The position numbers and the translations under genes are program-made. DNA of 64,000 nucleotides, from NCBI GenBank assembly GCA_965116945.1, contig OZ220734.1, positions 598,610 to 662,609 on the forward strand, given 5' to 3'. The DNA comes from Dehalococcoidia bacterium (lineage in GTDB: Bacteria > Chloroflexota > Dehalococcoidia > Plut-88900). Positions 56,782 through 64,000 of the stretch are shown here, one piece after another (the stretch's first letter is position 1; the number at the start of each line of letters is the position of its first letter). A model generated the notes under the pieces. It was not told the origin of the DNA. It saw only the letters and a list, made by a program, of their open reading frames with translations, and made no database searches.

Positions 56782-58212
56782 TTACTCCTCAATCCGGGCC
56801 AGGCGCCTGACCTTTTCCGCGGCGGCATCAAAGTCATAGCCGAAGATTGTCATCATCTTCTGGGCCTGGGGCGAGCCTGCGCCGTGGTACTCGGTCATCA
56901 GGAAGTGGCCGGCATATTCGTCGGCAGCGATGTCACGCACGAAATTGTAGAGCCTCATACGCTGGTCTGCAGTGGCCCTGTCGCCGCCCGAGAGGTACTT
57001 TCTAAAGGCAGAGTGAAGTTCGGGGTTGTTATAGTCAGCCTCCCAGGGCTGGGTAGCGATAATCGCCCCGCCGATGTCTATCAGGTGCTTGTACATGTCG
57101 CTTAGCTTGTCGGTGAACATGTACTTGGCCACGTTGGTAATCACGCCGTTGGGTATTGCCATGCCGTCGGACATTGTGCAGGTCATGGCGGCGGAAGTGA
57201 CGAAGGCGTCCATGGCGCTGGCCAGCATGGCGAATTCGAAGAAGTGGTCGCGGATGTGGGGGGCCCTTTCGACGCCGTTGTACTGGGCCAGCAGGTAAGC
57301 CGCTCCCGCCAGCACCTCTGCGGTGTGCTTCATGCTGCACAGGGCAGAATAGCGCAGCAGGAGGCCCAGGCCCCGGGCGATGGGCTGCGAGAGCCAGTCT
57401 TCCCCGTTCTGGATCACCCTCTCCCAGGGTACGAAAACGTCATCGAACCAGACGAAACACTCGGCGCCCGGCTCGTCGTGGCTGACCGGGTACTCAAAGT
57501 TTGAGCCCACCATGCGCCGGGGCCTCATGAGCAGCTTCACGCCTTCGGTCCCCGGGGAAACGATGCAGGTCACGGAGTATTCCGACTCGTCGGGTCTCAT
57601 CTTCTTGGTAGGCATCACCACCAATTCGTGCATGTAGGCGGCCCCCGTGATGTGGGCCTTCATGCCGCGAATGACGATGCCGTCGTCTCGTTCTTCCACC
57701 TTTCGGACGTATAGGTCGGGGTCGGACTGCTGGCCGGGGTGAAGGGAACGGTCGCCCTTGGTGTCGGACATGGCGATAGCCATGATGAGGTCTTCTTCGC
57801 GAAAGCGACGGTAGAAGTTATCGATGTTAGCCTTGTACATCGGGTTGGCATCGGCGATTTCCTGGGAGACCATGAATAGGGAAAGCATGGCATCGCTCAA
57901 TGCGGGCGCCCCCCCATATCCCAGCTCTTCAGAGAGAGCCAGCGCCTTGGCCCGCCTGAGCAGGTCGTCGGCGGACCTGGGGGGTGTGAGGAAGAGGTCG
58001 ACGGGTTCGCCGGTCTCGGGGTCGGGGGCGGTGAAGATATCTTTGACTGCGGGGTCGTGGAAGCGAGCATATTGTCGGGAGTAGGACAGCGCGCCGTGTC
58101 GGGTGACGGGGTGGTCCATCACGTCGGTGATCTTCTCGCCGTCGGCGTAAATGACCCGGCCGTCCCGGATGCTTTCGATGTAGTCCTGGGGGGTTTTAAA
58201 GGTCTTGGCCAT
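56782..58212 (-). CDS. HpaB/AbfD-family flavin enzyme (4-hydroxyphenylacetate 3-monooxygenase oxygenase component / 4-hydroxybutyryl-CoA dehydratase-like)
   Basis: 476 aa; N-terminus MAKTFKTPQDYIESIRDGRVIY.DGEKI.DV..HP. Confidence 0.75.
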   Translation of the reverse strand: MAKTFKTPQDYIESIRDGRVIYADGEKITDVMDHPVTRHGALSYSRQYARFHDPAVKDIFTAPDPETGEPVDLFLTPPRSADDLLRRAKALALSEELGYGGAPALSDAMLSLFMVSQEIADANPMYKANIDNFYRRFREEDLIMAIAMSDTKGDRSLHPGQQSDPDLYVRKVEERDDGIVIRGMKAHITGAAYMHELVVMPTKKMRPDESEYSVTCIVSPGTEGVKLLMRPRRMVGSNFEYPVSHDEPGAECFVWFDDVFVPWERVIQNGEDWLSQPIARGLGLLLRYSALCSMKHTAEVLAGAAYLLAQYNGVERAPHIRDHFFEFAMLASAMDAFVTSAAMTCTMSDGMAIPNGVITNVAKYMFTDKLSDMYKHLIDIGGAIIATQPWEADYNNPELHSAFRKYLSGGDRATADQRMRLYNFVRDIAADEYAGHFLMTEYHGAGSPQAQKMMTIFGYDFDAAAEKVRRLARIEE

Positions 58213-58247
58213 TTGGTCATCTCCTTTGAGGGGACTGGGGCATTGCC

Positions 58248-59027
58248 TTGACCCGCGGCGCTCGTGATTCCTATACTCGCCCGGTGCGACCCCTCAGCTA
58301 CTCCCAGATATCAGCATATCAGACCTGTCCCCTATTCTACAGGTTCCAGTACATCGACAAGCTGCCCACCAAGCCCCGCTTCTATTTCAGTTTCGGGAAT
58401 ACGCTGCACCGGTGCGCGCAGTACTTCTTCAAGAGGGGGCAAGGGCCACCGACCCTGGAAGAACTCCTGGAATTCTACGATCGGGCGTGGAGCTCGGCGG
58501 GGTACTTCAGCAGGAAAAAAGAGGCCGCGGACAAGCAGACGGGCAGGGAGATCTTGACCCGGTTCTGGGAGCTCAACTCCCGGGACTACCGGATGCCGCT
58601 GGCGACGGAGAAGTGGTTCACGGTGGATGTCGGGGGCGTGCCGTTCAGGGGTTACATAGACCGGGTGGACATATCGCCGACCGGCGGGCTGAACATCCTG
58701 GACTACAAGAGCGGCAAGCGGGACATCACGACAAGCGAGGTGGAAGAGAGCCTGCAGCTGAGCATGTACCAGATAGGGGCGCAGGGGACGTGGCTCCTGC
58801 CGGTGGAGAAGCTGTCGCTGTATCACCTGCGGTCGAACACAAACGTGGAGGTCGGGGCCCGGGATGAGTCGACGCTGAGGGAGGCGGAGGAGACTGTAAC
58901 ATCGGTCTCTCAAGCGATAGCGAATGAAGAGTTCGATCCCCGGCTGAACCCGTCCTGCCCGTGCGAATTTTCGGAGATGTGCCCGCTGTTCAATCCTTCG
59001 GCTGATCCGTCGGCTCCAAAGTCCTGA
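58248..59027 (+). CDS. PD-(D/E)xK nuclease, Cas4/RecB-nuclease-domain-like, with C-terminal Cys cluster
   Basis: LSYSQISAYQTCPLFYRFQYI, the GYIDRVD...LNILDYKSGK catalytic motifs, and CPCEFSEMCP. The ORF-track start is a TTG, so the true start is uncertain. Confidence 0.6.
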   Translation: MTRGARDSYTRPVRPLSYSQISAYQTCPLFYRFQYIDKLPTKPRFYFSFGNTLHRCAQYFFKRGQGPPTLEELLEFYDRAWSSAGYFSRKKEAADKQTGREILTRFWELNSRDYRMPLATEKWFTVDVGGVPFRGYIDRVDISPTGGLNILDYKSGKRDITTSEVEESLQLSMYQIGAQGTWLLPVEKLSLYHLRSNTNVEVGARDESTLREAEETVTSVSQAIANEEFDPRLNPSCPCEFSEMCPLFNPSADPSAPKS

Positions 59028-59580
59028 CCTTTTCACCTTTGAAGAGAGTCTGGGCGGCCAGGACCAGGGCCCCGATCTCGACGGGCAAGACGGATAGGGC
59101 GTCATCAAACACCTTTTTCGTGTGGCGGAGGTAGAGGGAAGGTTCGTGGAAGAGGAGGTTGCCATCTAACAGTGCCACCTCTTTAGCGGTCCCGACTCCG
59201 GGGATCGCGTTTAGCAACTGGGCGAGCAGATTTTTCCTGATATCTCCCGTTCCGTCTTTGCCGAGGCCGCCAAGGGCCGAAGCCATTGCACCCATTGCCG
59301 AAAAGGTGGCGCCGTTCATGCCCTGAGCATCGACGGCCTTCCCCAGGGGAGTCTGCTTCAAGAGGCTGGCGGCAAGTTTAGGGCCGAGTAGCGAGGCGAT
59401 ACCGCCTCCCAGCCCGGATGCGCCCGCGGACTTGGCAAGGGAATCGGCCCAGCGTCGGGCGGAGGGGCCGGAGAGGACGCCGACGTTTTCGGAAACGGCC
59501 ATCTCGGCGACCTGCACGAAGGCCATGGCCAGGAGCCGCCTTTGCAGGCCTTTGCCTATGAGGAGTCGGGGGAGGAACAT
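58990..59580 (-). CDS. Hypothetical Ala/Gly-rich protein
   Basis: 196-aa ORF co-directional with the GNAT gene; no family recognised. Confidence 0.35.
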   Translation of the reverse strand: MFLPRLLIGKGLQRRLLAMAFVQVAEMAVSENVGVLSGPSARRWADSLAKSAGASGLGGGIASLLGPKLAASLLKQTPLGKAVDAQGMNGATFSAMGAMASALGGLGKDGTGDIRKNLLAQLLNAIPGVGTAKEVALLDGNLLFHEPSLYLRHTKKVFDDALSVLPVEIGALVLAAQTLFKGEKVRTLEPTDQPKD

Positions 59581-59581
59581 A

Positions 59582-60186
59582 TCAAGCGCCTACCAGGGGC
59601 TTTTCCATCCGGTGCACCGCTTCCGACTTGGCAGCCAATCTGACCAGGAACCCCTTTTCGGTACGGGTAATCCTGTACCCCAGCCGCTCGTAGAGGCGTA
59701 TGGCGCCCGTGTTCTCGCAAATCACGTCGAGTGTCATCTTCCGCATGCCCAAAGATCGGGCCTGCTCCTCAGCTTTCATCATGAGTGCACTGCCAATGCC
59801 CATGCCCCGGGAGGCGGGGTCTACGGCTATGGTTTCCACCTTGAACTCGTCAGCTTTAACCGAGTCTTCCAATGACAGCAGACCCAGGTTGAACAGCACC
59901 CGCATGGTCTTCAAGGGGTCGAATGTGGTCAAGAGGGGGCGGATGCCCAGATTATAGAACGTCCGGTTCTTCGTCTTGACCGCCAGAATCCCCGAAAGCC
60001 GACCATCGACTATTCCCGTAATACAGCTGCCCCTGTCCACGGAGTCCCGAAAGAGCCGGACCAGGTCTTCTGCGCTCCTGAAGCCGATGCGGAACTTCTT
60101 AGCGAAGGCTTTATAAGTGACCCTGAGTGCATCGTCAACGTGCTCCTTAGCCAGCCCGTCGACGATTTCAACTTCGCGGGCCATCA
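59582..60186 (-). CDS. GNAT-family N-acetyltransferase
   Basis: Start at MMAREVEI... The ORF's P/S/T-rich 62-aa extension was rejected. Acetyl-CoA-binding motif RGMGIGSALM. Confidence 0.75.
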
Positions 60187-60218
60187 TCAGTGCCTGATTC
60201 CCTGCCGACATACACAGT

Positions 60219-61445
60219 CTAGGAGCAGATGGACTCGGCGGTGAGGGCGAGGACCCGGCTGCAGAGCTCCATCTCGTCGATGTCAGAGTAGTCGACGCCG
60301 TAGGAGCCGCCGGAGGGGCCGTAGATGGGAGCGGGAATGCCTGCGAGCCATAGGTGGGAGTCGTCATCGCCATACCTGGCAGATAGGGCCGACTCCGGCG
60401 GCCCGACCTGCCTGACCTCCTTGCCCGTGACCCGGCGGTAGCTCTCGGAGACGACCTTGACTATCTCCTCGTCCTCATCCATGTCCATGGGCGGGTGGTC
60501 CAGGATCCAGGTATTGAACCTCCGCTCGATGGGATGGACAAGCTCGTATTCAAAGTCGGGGTCTTCGGCCTTGAGCGTGTTCAGGGTGGCCTCGAAGTCG
60601 GCGCGGAGGGTGTCGGCGGTCATGCCGGGGACGGTGCTGACGGCTATGAAGGCGGTGCAGAGGTCGGCGTTGCGGCTGACGGAGCGCATGTCGTAGGACT
60701 CGCCGCGGCCGCCGATGATGGACCCGATCTTGAGCCAGGGCAGGCCTTCGATGACCCAGGGGTCATGGGTTAGTTTAGTGGCGTAGATGGCCTCAATGGC
60801 CTTCATCATCTTGGGGATGGCGTCGACGCCGTGGACATCGGCGCCGTCGGGGTGCCGGCCTTTGACGTGGAGGGAGAACTTGCTCATGCCGCCGTGCTTG
60901 GTGCACACCTGGTGAGCGCCGTAGGGTTCTGTGACGACGGCAACGTCAGTCTTGTAGCCGTTTTCAATGGCGTGGAGCGTGCCCAGACCACCCTGGAGTT
61001 CGGCGAGGACGCAGGCGACAACGACGTCGCCTTTCAGCTTGACACCGGACTTGATGATGGCGTCGGCGGCGTGGATCATGGAGGCGACGCCACTCTTCAT
61101 GTTCCTGATGCCTGCGCCGTAGAGGCGGTTGCCTTCGACCCAGGGGTCGTAAGGGTTGCGGGTCCAGCCTGCGGCGATGGGGTTGCTGTCGAGGTGGCCG
61201 TTGAGCATGATGCTGCGCCCACCGCCCGATCCCTTAACCACGCCTATGGCCTGGTACCAGCCGGGCTCTACCTCCTGAAGCTCCACCTCAAGGCCGCGGG
61301 ACTTCATGTACTCGGCGGTCCAGCGGGCAGCGGGGGTCTCTTCGCCTATTTTGCTGGGTATGCGGATGAGGTCTTTCCCCAGTTCCACAAGCTCGTCTCG
61401 GTTGATCTCGCTGAGGATGGGGTGGGCTGAAATATTTTCAGGCAT
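60219..61445 (-). CDS. M20-family metallopeptidase (ArgE/DapE/acetylornithine-deacetylase-like)
   Basis: Start MPENISAHP with an AAGAGGGGG RBS. LNGHLDS and ...RLYGAG...D.K motifs. The ORF's R/P-rich 97-aa extension was rejected. Confidence 0.75.
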   Translation of the reverse strand: MPENISAHPILSEINRDELVELGKDLIRIPSKIGEETPAARWTAEYMKSRGLEVELQEVEPGWYQAIGVVKGSGGGRSIMLNGHLDSNPIAAGWTRNPYDPWVEGNRLYGAGIRNMKSGVASMIHAADAIIKSGVKLKGDVVVACVLAELQGGLGTLHAIENGYKTDVAVVTEPYGAHQVCTKHGGMSKFSLHVKGRHPDGADVHGVDAIPKMMKAIEAIYATKLTHDPWVIEGLPWLKIGSIIGGRGESYDMRSVSRNADLCTAFIAVSTVPGMTADTLRADFEATLNTLKAEDPDFEYELVHPIERRFNTWILDHPPMDMDEDEEIVKVVSESYRRVTGKEVRQVGPPESALSARYGDDDSHLWLAGIPAPIYGPSGGSYGVDYSDIDEMELCSRVLALTAESICS

Positions 61446-61447
61446 GG

Positions 61448-62671
61448 CTATATGGCCCCCTCTTTCTGCAGGGCGTCTACCTCTTCGGTAGAGTAGTCGA
61501 GGAGGCCGGTAAGAATCTCGCTGTTGTGCTGGCCGAGGGTGGGGGCGGGGGCAAAAGCCTCGGCCTCGGTTTCGGACATCTTGATGGGGTTGCCGGCGGC
61601 CTTGTACCGGCCGCTTACGGGGTGCTGCTGCTCGACGACCATTTTGCGGTGGATTATCTGAGGGTTGGATAGGGCCTCGGCGAAGTTGTTGACCTTGGCT
61701 GCCGGGACCTGGCCCTCGGAGAGCTCTTTGAGCCACTGTTCGACGGATTTCATGGAGAAGGCTCGCTGGATAATCTCCTCCAGCTCAGCCTTGTGCTCGT
61801 GGCGGAGGTTGGGGGAGGCGAATCGGGGGTCGGAGGGGAGGTCGGCGAAGCCGTCCATGCGGGAGATAATGTCGGCCAGGTTTTCGTAGAACTTCTGGGT
61901 CGGGCAGCTAATCTGAACGTAGGCGCCATCACTGGTGCCGAAAGCGCCGATGGGGACGTTGGTCTCGTGGCTGTTGCCCACGGGATTCGGGAGGTTGCCG
62001 GAGACCAGGAACAGCTGTCCGACATGGGCCTGCAGGGCGATCTGAACGTCCAAGAGGCTGATGCTTATCTCCTGTCCGACACCTTTCTGCTCTCGAGAGT
62101 AGAGGGCGGCGAGAATGCCCTGGACAGCGTAGAGGCCGCCGCCAACGTCGCCCATGGGGTAGCCCATGAGGGCGGGAGGCCCGCCTTTGAACCCTGTCAC
62201 GCTCATAGCGCCGCCCATGGCCTGGATCATGCCATCGAAGGCGGGGCCGTCTCTCAACGGTCCGGAGGTGCCGAAACCCGAAATTGAGCAATAAATGATT
62301 CGGGGGTTTATCTCTTTCAGGGCCTCGTAGCCGAAGCCGAGCCGGTCCAGGACACCGGGCCTGAAGTTTTCATAGACCACGTCGGAGACCTTGACCAACT
62401 TGCGAAAGACTTCCTTGCCCTTGTCGCTCTTCAGGTTGAGGGTGAGGCCCTTCTTGTTGCGGTTCATGCCGAGGAAGTAGGCGCTTTCACCTTCCAGATA
62501 GTAGGGAGGGAAGCGTCGGCTGGAATCACCGACTGCTGGTTGTTCTATTTTCAGGACCTCGGCGCCCAGGTCTCCCAGGATCCGGGAGCCGAATGGACCC
62601 GCCAAGGCCTGGCTCATATCCAGCACCCTGACCCCGGCGAGGGGAAGGCTGCTGCTGCCGTTGTTACCCAT
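61448..62671 (-). CDS. CoA-transferase family III (CaiB/BaiF)
   Basis: Start MGNNGSS... with a GGAGG RBS; LAGVRVLDMSQALAGPFG...LGAEV.KIE. Confidence 0.8.
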   Translation of the reverse strand: MGNNGSSSLPLAGVRVLDMSQALAGPFGSRILGDLGAEVLKIEQPAVGDSSRRFPPYYLEGESAYFLGMNRNKKGLTLNLKSDKGKEVFRKLVKVSDVVYENFRPGVLDRLGFGYEALKEINPRIIYCSISGFGTSGPLRDGPAFDGMIQAMGGAMSVTGFKGGPPALMGYPMGDVGGGLYAVQGILAALYSREQKGVGQEISISLLDVQIALQAHVGQLFLVSGNLPNPVGNSHETNVPIGAFGTSDGAYVQISCPTQKFYENLADIISRMDGFADLPSDPRFASPNLRHEHKAELEEIIQRAFSMKSVEQWLKELSEGQVPAAKVNNFAEALSNPQIIHRKMVVEQQHPVSGRYKAAGNPIKMSETEAEAFAPAPTLGQHNSEILTGLLDYSTEEVDALQKEGAI

Positions 62672-63461
62672 AGGCTTTTTCCTCCAGGGCCAGTTTGCCC
62701 TTGGCCTCCTGCCAAAGCGCTTCAAGCTCCGCGAATCCCATCTCGGCCAAGTCGAGGCTGCGCTCGAGGCAGAGCTCCTCCATGCGGGTGAAGCGTCTAA
62801 TGAATTTCCGGTTCGACTTTCGGAGGGCCGCTTCCATGTCGAGGTCGAGCTTGCGACCCACGTTTACGAGGGTAGACAGGACATCGCCAAGTTCTTCTTC
62901 AAGTTCCTCGGGGGTGGATGCTTCACGCAGTTCGGCGATCTCCTCATCCAGTTTTTCCATTGCGCCATCTACGTCGTCCCAGTCGAAGCCCGCGTTGGCG
63001 GCACGGCGGTGGATGGACTGGCTGTGGGCGAGGGCGGGAAGGGCGCTGGGGACTCCGTCGAGGACGGACTTGCGACCCTTCTCCTTGCGTTTACGAACCT
63101 CCCAGCGGGCTTCGATGTCCTCGGCGGTAGCTGCGTCGTCGTCACCGAAGACGTGGGGGTGTCGGCTGACCAGTTTGTCGGAGAGGACGGATATCACGTC
63201 GTCCACGCTGAACAGGCCCTTGTCCTCGGCAATGCTGGAATGAAGCATGACCTGGAGAAGGATATCGCCCAGCTCCTCTTTGATTTTGGCGGGGTCGTCT
63301 TCATCGAAGGCTTCGAGGGCCTCGTAGCATTCCTCTACGAGGTGCTTGCCGAGGGTCTGGTGGGTCTGCTTGCGGTCCCAGGGACAGCCGCCCGGGGCGC
63401 GCAGGGTCGCGACAATCTGAGTAAGGGCGTCGAAGTTGGAATGATCTTGATTAAGGGGCAT
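62664..63461 (-). CDS. mazG: MazG nucleoside-triphosphate pyrophosphohydrolase (tandem MazG domains)
   Basis: Start MPLNQD with a GGAGGAG RBS. EELGDILLQV and EELGDVLSTLV (two EExxD/E motifs). Confidence 0.85.
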   Translation of the reverse strand: MPLNQDHSNFDALTQIVATLRAPGGCPWDRKQTHQTLGKHLVEECYEALEAFDEDDPAKIKEELGDILLQVMLHSSIAEDKGLFSVDDVISVLSDKLVSRHPHVFGDDDAATAEDIEARWEVRKRKEKGRKSVLDGVPSALPALAHSQSIHRRAANAGFDWDDVDGAMEKLDEEIAELREASTPEELEEELGDVLSTLVNVGRKLDLDMEAALRKSNRKFIRRFTRMEELCLERSLDLAEMGFAELEALWQEAKGKLALEEKAYG

Positions 63462-63554
63462 GGGGCTCCTCCCCCGCCTAGAGGGGCCGGTGCGATTATA
63501 CCGGCCAGCCCGACTCCTTGACAACAAAATCAGCCGGTACCTACCATCCACGTA

Positions 63555-64000
63555 ATGACGCCCGACACTGCCGCCCTTCGCCTCACCCTGCGTGTAGCAG
63601 CCGCCCTGGCAATTGTCGCCATTCCCATTCTGTTGGTGACCAGCAGTCTGCGCTTTGCCATCAACGCCGGGGGGCTGTACGAGTACGGATTTGACAGGTA
63701 CGACATCAGCCTGAGGACGGGGATCGAGAGGGAGGAGCTTTCGAGGCTCGGGGGGGAGATACGGGACTATTTCAACGACGACGCCGAGCTAATCGACATA
63801 GACGCCGTCATCTACGGAGAGCTCGTACCCCTGTTCACCGAACGGGAGATCATCCACATGAAGGACGTGAAGGGGCTGATCCAGGGCGTCTACATGTTCC
63901 AGTGGATTACGCTGGGCTACTTGTTGGCGGCGGTGGCGGCCTATGCCTGGCTGAGGCGCAAAGAGTCGACAGGAGGAATCCTGAGGGTGGGGTTCTGGGG
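63555..64000 (+). CDS. Partial (runs off the window) integral membrane protein, DUF1461-like?
   Basis: ATG at 63555; MTPDTAALRLTLRVAAALAIVAIPILLVTSSLRFAIN...; no stop before the window end. Confidence 0.45.
   Translation, partial: MTPDTAALRLTLRVAAALAIVAIPILLVTSSLRFAINAGGLYEYGFDRYDISLRTGIEREELSRLGGEIRDYFNDDAELIDIDAVIYGELVPLFTEREIIHMKDVKGLIQGVYMFQWITLGYLLAAVAAYAWLRRKESTGGILRVGFW

Overview
This is a high-GC (roughly 60-65%) bacterial chromosomal segment. Heavy paralogue expansion (family-III CoA-transferases, amidohydrolase-2, LLM flavin oxidoreductases, M24 creatinase-like hydrolases, acetyl-CoA hydrolase/transferases) suggests a Chloroflexota (SAR202-like) origin, but that assignment is tentative. 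Housekeeping anchors are mscS-like, gdh, gatC-gatA, leuS, leuC-leuD, iscA-ygfZ and mazG. Two markedly lower-GC islands (about 35-50% GC) interrupt this backbone. Island 1 (about 2.5-4.4 kb) carries a three-gene minus-strand operon: a ThsB-like TIR protein, a small 3-TM membrane protein and a second TIR protein. This is a Thoeris-like cassette in which the usual SIR2/Macro ThsA effector is replaced by a tiny membrane protein. Island 2 (about 33.65-38.2 kb) sits between leuS and leuCD. It carries a tightly coupled operon of a NurA-like nuclease, a HerA/FtsK-like ATPase and an amino-methyltransferase (TAATG stop/start overlap), which looks like a restriction-like defence module. I am not aware that either architecture has been characterised. 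Other points of interest are listed briefly here and detailed in the findings. A modular intergenic repeat family occurs at 14 or more loci, and one of its hairpins shows compensatory covariation. An 11-bp phased TTGATTGAAC array lies just downstream of the mscS-like gene. A roughly 300-nt element closed by a perfect 15-bp stem and ending in an intrinsic terminator lies beside island 2. Three orphan HicB-like genes are present; one splits leuC from leuD and one is flanked by 150-bp direct repeats. A tandem segmental duplication has left a decaying acetyl-CoA transferase pseudogene with a chimeric junction. There is also a Cys-rich protein with four CxxC...C.H modules. Starts were adjusted from the ORF track where an internal Met with a Shine-Dalgarno sequence fitted better. 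Antisense ORFs inside well-supported genes were ignored as high-GC artefacts.
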